A DNA stretch of 64,000 nucleotides from Candidatus Kaiserbacteria bacterium (lineage in GTDB: Bacteria; Patescibacteriota; Minisyncoccia; Phycocordibacterales; UBA918): the NCBI GenBank assembly GCA_031430855.1, contig JANPCG010000006.1:2531-66530 (forward strand). Direction: 5' to 3'. The first letter of the stretch is position 1, and every line of letters starts with the position of its first letter. Position numbers and translations under genes: made by a program. The notes under the pieces are model-generated. The model searched no databases. It was given only the letters and a program-made list of their open reading frames with translations, and was not told the DNA's origin. Positions 47,611 to 56,994 of the stretch are shown here, one piece after another.

Positions 47611-48003
47611 ATGCGTCTTTTTAAATTCCCGAGCAATCGTGAACGTGAACAAGGGCCGTCCCGACTAGAACGAACTGTTCTTACACTCTGTGAACACATT
47701 TGCGCTATTCAAGCTGATGGTGGAGAGGGGATCAGTGGATTTACTACCGAGTCGAAAAAAATTTCAGATTCTGTAGCAGAAATTTCAGTTACCAGACTTA
47801 TGACAACTGGTAACCAAGTAGGTTTAGGTCGAGCTGAACTACAGCCAATTTGTGACCTGTTGAACAATCATCTTCGTATCGACGCCCGACCTTTTACGGT
47901 TTCAATTCTCGAAAGTCGGGACACCATACCAAGCACACCTGACGATGACTTTACTCAAAATGCGCATTTTACCTTACAGGTTAGAGCGCAAGATAACATT
48001 TGA
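47611..48003 (+). CDS. hypothetical protein
   Basis: 130-aa ORF overlapping the trpS stop; no motif. Confidence 0.4.
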   Translation: MRLFKFPSNREREQGPSRLERTVLTLCEHICAIQADGGEGISGFTTESKKISDSVAEISVTRLMTTGNQVGLGRAELQPICDLLNNHLRIDARPFTVSILESRDTIPSTPDDDFTQNAHFTLQVRAQDNI

Positions 48004-48252
48004 CAGACCAGCCATCTGTACTACTATAGACAGATACCAACGACGCAGCTGACACTGCCGAGGTGAGAGCAGAACGCTAGAAAACCTTTTAGTTAGTAGA
48101 CCTCTTCGGGCGCGCCCGCAATCGCGCAATCAAAAACAAGCGCCTTGAGTTGTACATACACAACCAGGAAATAGGGTGGCACCGCGACTCACATCGCCCC
48201 TATGAATGTATTACTAGAGTAGTATATTCATAGGGGCGATTTCGCTTTTATG
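48004..48252 (+). promoter_or_regulatory. T-box riboswitch leader of aspS
   Basis: Exact T-box box AGGGUGGCACCGCG at 48173-48186. AUAGGG pairs with CCCUAU in the 5' arm of a 14-bp terminator stem (48194-48207 / 48226-48239) followed by UUUCGCUUUUA. UGGC bulge fits the G73 discriminator of tRNA-Asp. GAC-A candidates for the specifier at 48003-48006 and 48029-48032. Confidence 0.75.
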
Positions 48253-48270
48253 AATATATAAATAAAAATT

Positions 48271-49671
48271 ATGAAACGAACACTCATAAAAGAACTTGAT
48301 ACACACATTGGAGAAACTATTACCATCCAAGGCTGGGTAGACGTGGTCCGTGACCAAGGCAAAATGGCCTTTTTTGATTTCCGTGACCGCAGTGGATTAG
48401 TTCAAGGTGTTGTATTTGGCAAACCAGAGGTATTGGAAGTTGCTAAAACGACTCGTCCGGAATTTGTAGTTGAAGTAACTGGCATTGTAAATAAGCGGCC
48501 AGAAAAAATGATCAATGCTTCCATTTTAAATGGTGACATAGAACTTGAAATTACAAATATAACAATACTGAACGAAACTGTCGTTTTACCATTTCCGATT
48601 AACGAGGACACTCGGATTGTGGATGAAGCGATCCGACTCAAATACCGGTACCTGGACCTGCGCAGTACGCGAATGCAAAAAAACGTCAAGGCACGGCACA
48701 CGATTCAAAAGTTTATCCGCGACACACTCACAGAAAAAGATTTTATCGAAGTCGAAACACCTCTTCTTTCAGCACCAACACCGGAAGGTTCTCGCTCGTA
48801 CGTCGTGCCGTCACGCCTGAGTCCAGGGACGTTTTATTCTCTCCCGCAATCACCACAGCAGTATAAGCAACTTTTGATGGTTGGTGGGTTTGAACGTTAC
48901 TTTCAGTTTGCCCGCTGCCTCCGTGACGAAGATTCTCGAGGGGATCGTCAGCCAGAGTTTACCCAACTCGACATGGAACTTTCTTTTGTCACCGAAGAAG
49001 ATGTCATGAGTTTAAACGAACAAATTCTGATTGAACTTGTGACTAAATTTTACCCAGAAAAGCATATCCAGCAGGTACCGTTCCCACGGATGACATACCA
49101 TGACGCCATGGAGAAGCATGGCAATGACCGTCCCGATATTCGAGAAGATAAAAATGACCAAAACCTCTTAGCTTTTTTGTGGGTGACTGATTTCCCGGCG
49201 TTTGAAAAAACAGGACAAGATAACGTGGACGGCACGGGAGAATGGACCTTCACACACAATCCTTTTGCTAAGGTAAAGGACGCCTACCTCGAAGACTTTA
49301 TGGCAGGGAAAAATGTTGGAAACCTCATCAGTACGCAATATGATATCACCTTAAATGGGTACGAGATTGGTGGTGGAAGTATCCGTAATCATGTCTCATC
49401 ATGCCAAAAGAAAACCTTTGAAATTATGGGGTATGACGAAGTCCGTATTATAGATAATTTTGGACACATGCTGACAGCGCTTGAATTCGGCGCACCGCCA
49501 CATGGGGGAATTGCTTGGGGTTTTGATCGTTTGATCATGATCCTCGAAGATGAACCAAACATCCGTGAAGTAATTCCGTTTGCAAAAACGGGTGAAGGGA
49601 AAGACCTTATGATGGACGCTCCAGCCAAGGTAAACGAAAAGCAACTGAAAGAACTTGGGATAAAAATCTAA
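48271..49671 (+). CDS. aspS: Aspartyl-tRNA synthetase, bacterial type lacking the GAD insertion domain
   Basis: OB anticodon-binding domain; motif 2 FRDEDSRGDRQPEFTQLDME; motif 3 GGIAWGFDRL. 466 aa versus about 590 aa. Confidence 0.93.
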   Translation: MKRTLIKELDTHIGETITIQGWVDVVRDQGKMAFFDFRDRSGLVQGVVFGKPEVLEVAKTTRPEFVVEVTGIVNKRPEKMINASILNGDIELEITNITILNETVVLPFPINEDTRIVDEAIRLKYRYLDLRSTRMQKNVKARHTIQKFIRDTLTEKDFIEVETPLLSAPTPEGSRSYVVPSRLSPGTFYSLPQSPQQYKQLLMVGGFERYFQFARCLRDEDSRGDRQPEFTQLDMELSFVTEEDVMSLNEQILIELVTKFYPEKHIQQVPFPRMTYHDAMEKHGNDRPDIREDKNDQNLLAFLWVTDFPAFEKTGQDNVDGTGEWTFTHNPFAKVKDAYLEDFMAGKNVGNLISTQYDITLNGYEIGGGSIRNHVSSCQKKTFEIMGYDEVRIIDNFGHMLTALEFGAPPHGGIAWGFDRLIMILEDEPNIREVIPFAKTGEGKDLMMDAPAKVNEKQLKELGIKI

Positions 49672-49674
49672 CCA

Positions 49675-49712
49675 AAAAACAATCGGTCACACAAGTGACC
49701 GATTGTTTTTAA
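49675..49712 (+). terminator. intrinsic terminator aaaacaatcggtcac-acaa-gtgaccgattgtttt
   Basis: Perfect 15-bp stem plus T-run. Confidence 0.7.
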
Positions 49713-49750
49713 AATCCAAAATTTAATGGTTCTGTTATAATAGACAATAT

Positions 49751-51214
49751 ATGTCACACCCAAAAATTACGGTAACTAAAAAGTCGCTGGCTGAATCACC
49801 AAAAAAATTCACCAAACTAATCCTGACGGAAGACTCACCCCAGTATCACCGCTTTGTTGAAACGAGTGACGGAAATACGGAGTATCGCATGGGGGTCGGA
49901 AAATTTGGTGATATAACGGCACGAACACTCCGCACCCTCATCCGCGGAATTGTGCTGGCGGCTAAAAATCACCAGGTAGAATTTCTCGCGGTTGAACTTC
50001 ATAACACCCAGTTTCCAGGACTCTCGCACCATTCGGCTACGTGGTTTTATTCAACCCTGATTGAAAATCTCCACCTCGCTTCATACGAATTCAAAACGTA
50101 TAAAACCAAACCACAATCAAAAACAGCACTAAAAGAAATCCTGGTTTGCAGCATTGCGACAGCAGAAGCCTTTGCAGGGACCAAACGAGGTGAGGTGGTA
50201 GGAACATATACTAACGCCGCTCGCGATATTGCGAATACGACCGGAGATGATATGACCCCAAAGCACCTCGCTGCGGCGGCAAAAAAAATGGCGACCGGAA
50301 CCAAGATTGCCGTTAAAGTACTGGGACTTACTGAAATCAAGAAACGTAAAATGGGATTGCTTGAAGCCGTCGCAAAAGGCTCTCACCACGAACCGCAATT
50401 TATTGTGATGGAATACTGGGGTGCGGGAAAATTGAATGCGGAATATGGAAAAGAGAAGAGTAAAAATAAAAAAATAAATGAAGCTACTCAACCTTTAGTC
50501 TTAATTGGTAAAGGTATCACGTATGACACCGGTGGACTTAACGTGAAGCCGACTGGTGCTATGCACGACATGCACATGGATATGTCAGGCGGGAGTAGCG
50601 TCATGGCAGCCATTACTGCGGCAGCTATACTCGGTGTAAAACGAAATATTATTGCGCTTATCCCCGCTGCCGAAAATGCTATTTCAAGCACCAGTATGCG
50701 CGCCGGCGACATCGCAACCAGTATGAGTGGTCAAACCGTTGAAATCCTTCACACAGACGCAGAGGGACGACTCGTGCTCGCTGATGCTCTCACGTACGCT
50801 ACGCGTTATAACCCCCGCGCGATTATTGATGTCGCAACCTTGACCGGAGCCGCCTTGATTGCCCTCGGTCAACAGGCGAGCGCAGTTATGACGAAGAACC
50901 CCGAACTCGAGAGTGAACTTCGCCGCTTAGGAGAGGAATCGGGAGACCTCGTGTGGCCACTCCCGCTCTGGGACGAATACAAAATTGGACTTAAGAGTGC
51001 CCGAGCAGATATCAGTAACATTGCTACGAATTTTTCTAAATTCGGTGGTGCGATTGAAGGAGGGATCTTTCTCTCACATTTTGCACCGAAAGACGTCGCC
51101 TGGGCTCATATCGATATCGCCCCACGTATGGATAGTATTCCAAGTGATAAACTCGCCAAGGGCTCAACTGGCGAACCAGTCCGCCTCCTGATTGCCTTTT
51201 TGGAACAGTATTAG
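49751..51214 (+). CDS. pepA: Leucyl (cytosol) aminopeptidase, M17 family
   Basis: NTDAEGRL signature; metal-ligand residues. Confidence 0.9.
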   Translation: MSHPKITVTKKSLAESPKKFTKLILTEDSPQYHRFVETSDGNTEYRMGVGKFGDITARTLRTLIRGIVLAAKNHQVEFLAVELHNTQFPGLSHHSATWFYSTLIENLHLASYEFKTYKTKPQSKTALKEILVCSIATAEAFAGTKRGEVVGTYTNAARDIANTTGDDMTPKHLAAAAKKMATGTKIAVKVLGLTEIKKRKMGLLEAVAKGSHHEPQFIVMEYWGAGKLNAEYGKEKSKNKKINEATQPLVLIGKGITYDTGGLNVKPTGAMHDMHMDMSGGSSVMAAITAAAILGVKRNIIALIPAAENAISSTSMRAGDIATSMSGQTVEILHTDAEGRLVLADALTYATRYNPRAIIDVATLTGAALIALGQQASAVMTKNPELESELRRLGEESGDLVWPLPLWDEYKIGLKSARADISNIATNFSKFGGAIEGGIFLSHFAPKDVAWAHIDIAPRMDSIPSDKLAKGSTGEPVRLLIAFLEQY

Positions 51215-51301
51215 AAGTAATTTCCAAACATTTGCACAGGTCTTGCCTGTGCAAAGACTTGTCCGAAATGAGGAATTTTGTCGTGTTAGAATATCACTAC
51301 A

Positions 51302-52051
51302 ATGAGCGTAGTCAGTCATCATTCACCCTTAGCATTTTCGTTTAAAACGAACGTTTTTGAAGGTCCGCTTGAACTCTTAATTGAACTCGTCGAAAAGCGT
51401 AAGCTGCTCATTAATGACATCAGTCTCGCTGAAGTAACGGATGAGTACATCCGGCAAGTTAGTGAAATGCAGGAAAAGTCTCTCCCGCACACGGCGCAAT
51501 TTGTCCAACTCGCTGCCACGTTATTGTTGATTAAATCAAAATCGCTCCTTCCCGTCCTTGAACTCACCAAAGAGGAAGAAGCCACGATTGAAGACCTCGA
51601 GGAACGCTTAAAGCAGTACCAGATCTATCGCGACGCTGGGATGATACTGACGGCACAGTTCGGCAGACAGATTATGTACGCTCCGCGATTTATTGCGCCA
51701 AAAGACGCAGTGTTTGTACCGGATGATTACTGCACCCTAAACGCTATGCGAGCAGCGATGAATAGCGTCTTGCAGAACCTCCCGAGAAAAGAAGTAAAGC
51801 CAAAAGTTCAAGTTAAACAAACGATCAGCCTTGAGGAAATGATGCTGAGTCTTCGGAAAAGAATCGAGGGTCAACTAAAAACCACATTTTCCCAAATGCG
51901 GAGCGAGGCTCCCGAGCATAAAACTATTATTGTTGGGTTCTTAGCAATTCTTGAGCTCGTTAAACAGGGAAATGTTCTCGTGACCCAACTCGGCCGGTTT
52001 GATGATATAGAAATTGAATTAGAACAAGGGAGTACGCCGCGTTATTATTAA
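51302..52051 (+). CDS. scpA: Segregation and condensation protein A
   Basis: FEGPLELLIELVEKRKLLINDISLAEVTDEY is the ScpA N-terminal signature. Confidence 0.9.
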   Translation: MSVVSHHSPLAFSFKTNVFEGPLELLIELVEKRKLLINDISLAEVTDEYIRQVSEMQEKSLPHTAQFVQLAATLLLIKSKSLLPVLELTKEEEATIEDLEERLKQYQIYRDAGMILTAQFGRQIMYAPRFIAPKDAVFVPDDYCTLNAMRAAMNSVLQNLPRKEVKPKVQVKQTISLEEMMLSLRKRIEGQLKTTFSQMRSEAPEHKTIIVGFLAILELVKQGNVLVTQLGRFDDIEIELEQGSTPRYY

Positions 52052-52133
52052 AAAACGGTGAATTCTTAGGGTTGTCAACAAAATGCCTGGAAAAACGTAG
52101 TTTTTCCAGGCTAAAACTGTTAAACTGAAGGTA

Positions 52134-52682
52134 ATGCCGCTTGATATCCTCATCGAAGGACTGCTTTTCTATAAGTCCGCACCGCAAAAAAAGGCCACCT
52201 TGCGTAAGGTGTATTCAGTGAGCAGTGAGGATTTGCAGGTTGCCTTAGATATGCTTTCCATACGTCTCCAAAGTGGAGCCCTCCGTTTAATTGAAACTGA
52301 CACCGAAATTCAGTTAGTTACGTCACCTGAATTAGCGCCATTTATCGAAGACATACGAAAAAATGAGATTAAAAATGACATCGGTAAAGCGGGAGCTGAG
52401 ACACTTGCTATCATTTTATATCGCGCACCAATTACCCGAGTAGAGGTTGACCGAATTCGTGGAGTGAACTCCTCATTTATTTTACGAAACCTTTTGATTC
52501 GAGGACTGATAGAACGATCACAAAATAAACAGGGAAGTGGTTACACGTTCTCTGTCACGCCAAATCTCTTGGCCCACCTCGGTGTCTCTTCGACCCGGGA
52601 ATTAACTGATTTTGCGCGAGTGACAGATGCTCTCGAGCAGTTTGTGGTGGACCAGGAAGCGGTAACTGAAACAACAGCATGA
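52134..52682 (+). CDS. scpB: Segregation and condensation protein B
   Basis: Tandem winged helix; colinear with ScpB. Confidence 0.88.
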   Translation: MPLDILIEGLLFYKSAPQKKATLRKVYSVSSEDLQVALDMLSIRLQSGALRLIETDTEIQLVTSPELAPFIEDIRKNEIKNDIGKAGAETLAIILYRAPITRVEVDRIRGVNSSFILRNLLIRGLIERSQNKQGSGYTFSVTPNLLAHLGVSSTRELTDFARVTDALEQFVVDQEAVTETTA

Positions 52683-53689
52683 GTGAAAATGAGCAAGACT
52701 ACATCATAGAGACTACTGACACCGCAACTGTACAACCGCCGCGTTTTCCTGTAGTAGCCCAACTAACTATTCTAGGTTTTATTCTCTTTGCCATCTTAGG
52801 TTTTTCCGTTCTTCCATTACTGCGAGGTGAGATAACAGAGACGACAGAAGCAGTACCCGTCTCACCACTCGTAATTGCGGGAACCTCAACAAACCTCGCC
52901 TTGGCCCAAAAAATGTCAGAAGTCACCGTACGAGGAAAGTCGGCTTTTGTCTATGACGTGAAAGCAAAGCGCGTTCTCTACCAAAAAAATGCAGATACCG
53001 TGCTCCCACTCGCCTCGATTACGAAACTAATGACCTCACTCATTACACATGAACTAGTAGAGACTGATGCCAAAATTGTAGTTCCAAAATCAGCCGTGTT
53101 TCAATCAGGAGAAAGTGGACTTCGTGAAGGAGACGTTCTCACGACACAGGCCTTAGTAGATTACGCCATGCTCTCGTCATCAAACGATGCCGCCTACGCA
53201 CTTGCGGCTGCTGTCGGAACTATCCTTGAACCGAACAGTAACCCACAACAAACATTTGTCACGAGCATGAATATTCGAGCCGAGGAACTGGGGCTCCCGA
53301 ATCTTACATTCTACAACCCGACCGGACTTGATATTTCACTCACTGAACCGGGTGCCGTCGGAACCGCGCGTGAAGTGACATTTTTAATGGAATATATTCT
53401 GAGCAATTATCCAAGCATCCTCGAACCTTCAACATTTACGAGTACCCGCGTGTATGACACCGGCGGCGCGTACCATCAAGCTGAGAACACGAATCCGATT
53501 GTGACGCAAATTCCTAATCTCTTGGGCTCAAAAACTGGCTATACCGATTTAGCTGGAGGCAACCTCACGGTCGCCTTTGATGCGGGATACAATCGTCCAA
53601 TTATCGTTACGGTCATGGGATCAAGCTATGACGAGCGCTTCACCGATGTATTAAAACTCGTCACAGCAGTAACGGGAACAATTGAATAA
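52679..53689 (+). CDS. D-alanyl-D-alanine carboxypeptidase (S11, PBP5-like)
   Basis: SxxK (SITKLMT), SxN (SSSNDAA), KTG (KTGYT); N-terminal TM. Confidence 0.85.
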   Translation: MSENEQDYIIETTDTATVQPPRFPVVAQLTILGFILFAILGFSVLPLLRGEITETTEAVPVSPLVIAGTSTNLALAQKMSEVTVRGKSAFVYDVKAKRVLYQKNADTVLPLASITKLMTSLITHELVETDAKIVVPKSAVFQSGESGLREGDVLTTQALVDYAMLSSSNDAAYALAAAVGTILEPNSNPQQTFVTSMNIRAEELGLPNLTFYNPTGLDISLTEPGAVGTAREVTFLMEYILSNYPSILEPSTFTSTRVYDTGGAYHQAENTNPIVTQIPNLLGSKTGYTDLAGGNLTVAFDAGYNRPIIVTVMGSSYDERFTDVLKLVTAVTGTIE

Positions 53690-53695
53690 TTTTAT

Positions 53696-54754
53696 ATGGA
53701 ATATCCAATTCTCAAACTCTTGATTCCCGCGGCTCTCGCTTTTATTACTGGTCTTCTTATAACGCCGCTCTTAACCCACTATTTATATAAATTTAAAGTC
53801 TGGAAAAAAACGGGAGGTAAAACAACCCTCGCGGGAACGGTCGCAACGGAATTCAATCGCCTTAAAGGAACTGATGAAATCAAAACCCCGCGCATGGGTG
53901 GCATTGTCATTTGGGGAAGCGTGCTTTTAACACTCGGAATTCTCTATGCACTTAGTATCCTTTTCCCTGAATCAATTTTCAAAGATTTATTTTTCCTGAG
54001 TCGATCGCAAACGTGGCTTCCGCTCTCGGCCTTGATTGTCGGGGCTGCTGTTGGTTTTATGAATGATTATTATGACGTCCACCACGGAGGAGTAGGGATC
54101 AGACTGCGCACCCGGATTATTATTATCACCTTATTGTCGGCATTTATTGGTTGGTGGTTTTATGCAAAATTGGGCATCAGCAGTATCGGTATTCCGTTTG
54201 ATGGGGCCCTTGAAGTCGGGTGGCTGATTATTCCGTTTTTTATCATCCTTACGATTGCCCTCTATGCAAGTGGGGTTATCGATGGGATTGATGGTCTCTC
54301 CGGTGGGGTATTTGCGTCAATTTTCCTCTCGTATGCTGGAGTCGCTCTTATTCAGTCACAATTAGATATAGCGGCCTTTTGCGCAACGGTGGCGGGAGGC
54401 ATCCTCGCGTTCTTGTGGTTCAACGTTCCGCCGGCTCGATTTTGGATGACAGAAACAGGATCAATGGCACTCACACTTACCCTAGCCGTTGTTGCTCTCA
54501 TGACTGACGAGATGGGGGAAGGAGTAGGGGTAGCGTTACTCCCCATTATTGGTTTACCGCTCGTTGCTACCGTTGCATCAAATATTATCCAGGTTGGCTA
54601 CCGAAAAGTCACCGGTAAAAAATTCTTCCGTATCGCACCTTTGCATCACCACTTTGAAGCCATCGGCTGGCCATCAACAAAAGTCACAATGCGGTATTGG
54701 ATTATTAGTATCATGTGTGCCGTTATTGGTATCGCTTTAGCGTCGGTCGCCTAA
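53696..54754 (+). CDS. mraY: Phospho-N-acetylmuramoyl-pentapeptide transferase
   Basis: Polytopic; DGIDGL motif; conserved C-terminal HHHFE. Confidence 0.93.
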   Translation: MEYPILKLLIPAALAFITGLLITPLLTHYLYKFKVWKKTGGKTTLAGTVATEFNRLKGTDEIKTPRMGGIVIWGSVLLTLGILYALSILFPESIFKDLFFLSRSQTWLPLSALIVGAAVGFMNDYYDVHHGGVGIRLRTRIIIITLLSAFIGWWFYAKLGISSIGIPFDGALEVGWLIIPFFIILTIALYASGVIDGIDGLSGGVFASIFLSYAGVALIQSQLDIAAFCATVAGGILAFLWFNVPPARFWMTETGSMALTLTLAVVALMTDEMGEGVGVALLPIIGLPLVATVASNIIQVGYRKVTGKKFFRIAPLHHHFEAIGWPSTKVTMRYWIISIMCAVIGIALASVA

Positions 54755-54759
54755 TTTTT

Positions 54760-55869
54760 ATGCCGGGAAAATCTGTTGATGCGATTTTATTAGGACTGGT
54801 ATTGACCCTCGTGATTGGTGGGTTTTTGATATTCTCTTCAGCCTCTTTAGGACTCCTTGCGCGTGATGGCGCAAGCTTCTCGAGCGTAGCCTTTAATCAA
54901 TTCCTCTTTGGCGTTGTTGGTGGTGGGATAGCATTATTTGTAATGAGTAATGTGTACTACCGCAATTTAAGGCAGTATGCCTTTTACATCTTTTTATTTT
55001 CACTTGTTCTTACTCTTTTGGTGTTTGTGCCAGGAGTTGGCACTAGCTACAACGGTGCTGCCCGTTGGATTACAATTGCTGGTTTCTCAATGCAGCCGGC
55101 TGAAATACTCAAAATTGGTTTTGTGATATATATCGCAACCTGGCTCTCAGGCATGCAACACCACATCAGTAACTTTAAAAGTGGCACGTTGCCATTTGTG
55201 GGGATTATGGGAGGAGTTGGGATTATTATGCTTAAGCAGCCTGATACTGACACTTTTATGATTATGGCAGCCGCTGGGGTCGCAATGTTTATTACTGCTG
55301 GTGGCAGATGGCGTGACGTCGGTCTCATGTTTCTTTCTGCCGTTGTACTCCTGGCTATTATTGCGTTTATGCGACCGTATATTATGGACCGTATTACGAC
55401 TTTTATTAACCCCGACACTGACCTTCAGGGGAGCGGGTATCAAATTAATCAATCACTGATTGCGGTTGGTTCAGGCGGTATTACCGGACGAGGATTTGGT
55501 CAAAGCATCCAGAAATTTGAATACCTACCAGAACCAATTGGCGACTCAATCTTTGCTGTGTATGCTGAGGAATTTGGTTTTATCGGAAGCGTGTTACTGA
55601 TTGCACTCTATTTAGGGTTCACCTTCCGCGGTTACAAAATTGCAGCAACTGCTGGAGACATGTTTGGCATGTTACTCGTCGTTGGCTTTATGACCATTAT
55701 CGTATGCCAGGCATTTTTAAATATTGGTGCCATGGTTGGCATCGCACCACTCTCAGGACTTCCACTCCCATTTATTAGCCACGGGGGGACCGCTCTCTTA
55801 ACCACCCTCACGATGATCGGTATCGTCCTTAATGTGTCGAAATATCGAAAATCAACCGTGCGGACATGA
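54760..55869 (+). CDS. ftsW: SEDS-family peptidoglycan glycosyltransferase FtsW/RodA
   Basis: SEDS signature GSGGITGRGFGQS...; start ATG 54760 follows the mraY stop. Confidence 0.9.
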   Translation: MPGKSVDAILLGLVLTLVIGGFLIFSSASLGLLARDGASFSSVAFNQFLFGVVGGGIALFVMSNVYYRNLRQYAFYIFLFSLVLTLLVFVPGVGTSYNGAARWITIAGFSMQPAEILKIGFVIYIATWLSGMQHHISNFKSGTLPFVGIMGGVGIIMLKQPDTDTFMIMAAAGVAMFITAGGRWRDVGLMFLSAVVLLAIIAFMRPYIMDRITTFINPDTDLQGSGYQINQSLIAVGSGGITGRGFGQSIQKFEYLPEPIGDSIFAVYAEEFGFIGSVLLIALYLGFTFRGYKIAATAGDMFGMLLVVGFMTIIVCQAFLNIGAMVGIAPLSGLPLPFISHGGTALLTTLTMIGIVLNVSKYRKSTVRT

Positions 55870-55884
55870 TAGACTAAGTCTATT

Positions 55885-56994
55885 ATGAGAATTGCGTTTG
55901 TCGGCGGTGGAACAGGTGGACACTTTTATCCACTCATAGCCACAGCAGAAGCATTACGAACCACTAATGTACCCGTGGACTTGATTTACATTGGACCAGT
56001 ACCCTATAACCAAGAAGAACTGGCAGCGTCAAATATTAAATTTGTATATTGCCCAGCGGGAAAGCTGCGTCGCTATATATCTATTCAAAACTTCTTAGAT
56101 TTCTTCCGGACGGGTGCAGGTTTTTTTGTTGCGCTGTATAAATTATTTATCTGGTACCCCGACGTTGTCTTCTCAAAGGGCGGCTACACCAGTGTGCCCG
56201 TACTTTTAGCAGCACGCTTTTATCGTATCCCGGTAGTCATTCACGAATCAGATAGTAAGCCTGGTAGAGCTAGTCTCTTAGCGAAAAATTTTGCTCGCTA
56301 TATTGGTATCGCGTACGAAGAAGTCGCCTCCTCATTCCCGCCAGAAAAAACAGCCTTAATCGGAATTCCCATTCGTTCCGTCATCAAGCAGATTGACCCC
56401 AATCCGTTTCAATCTCTCGGTATTCCGTCTAATATTCCTTTAATATATGTAACTGGTGGCTCTCTTGGAGCAGAGCGTATCAATAACCTTGTCTTACGAA
56501 GTCTCAAAACATTACTTCCACAATTCCAAATTTTCCACCAGACAGGAGTCTCGCTTGAAAAAAGTGTTATCCAAACAGCCCAGGCCCTTGTACCAGACCA
56601 AGCGTTATTAGGTCGCTACTACGTACGGGGAAGTGTTGACGCCCGAACCGTTTCGACTCTCTACGATGCCGCAGCGCTCATTATTTCTCGAGCCGGAAGT
56701 ACCACTCTCTTTGAAATTGCCTTGCATGGGAAACCGTCAATCATTATCCCAATTCCTGAAGAAATTAGTCATGATCAACGGACTAACGCTTACGCCTATG
56801 CTCGAACGGGAGCGGCAAGCGTACTCGAGGAAGGGAATTTGACCGACAATTTGCTCATCGCCGAAATTCAGTCTATTATGTCAGACCAGGCTAAATACTA
56901 CAGCATGAGTTTGGCTGCTCGGTCGTTTTCAAAACCGAACGCCGCTCTTGCTATGGCCCAAGTCTTAATTTCTATCGGTAATGAACACAACTAA
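55885..56994 (+). CDS. murG: UDP-GlcNAc:lipid I GlcNAc transferase MurG
   Basis: GGGTGGHFYP N-terminal motif; GT28 C-terminal domain. Confidence 0.93.
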   Translation: MRIAFVGGGTGGHFYPLIATAEALRTTNVPVDLIYIGPVPYNQEELAASNIKFVYCPAGKLRRYISIQNFLDFFRTGAGFFVALYKLFIWYPDVVFSKGGYTSVPVLLAARFYRIPVVIHESDSKPGRASLLAKNFARYIGIAYEEVASSFPPEKTALIGIPIRSVIKQIDPNPFQSLGIPSNIPLIYVTGGSLGAERINNLVLRSLKTLLPQFQIFHQTGVSLEKSVIQTAQALVPDQALLGRYYVRGSVDARTVSTLYDAAALIISRAGSTTLFEIALHGKPSIIIPIPEEISHDQRTNAYAYARTGAASVLEEGNLTDNLLIAEIQSIMSDQAKYYSMSLAARSFSKPNAALAMAQVLISIGNEHN

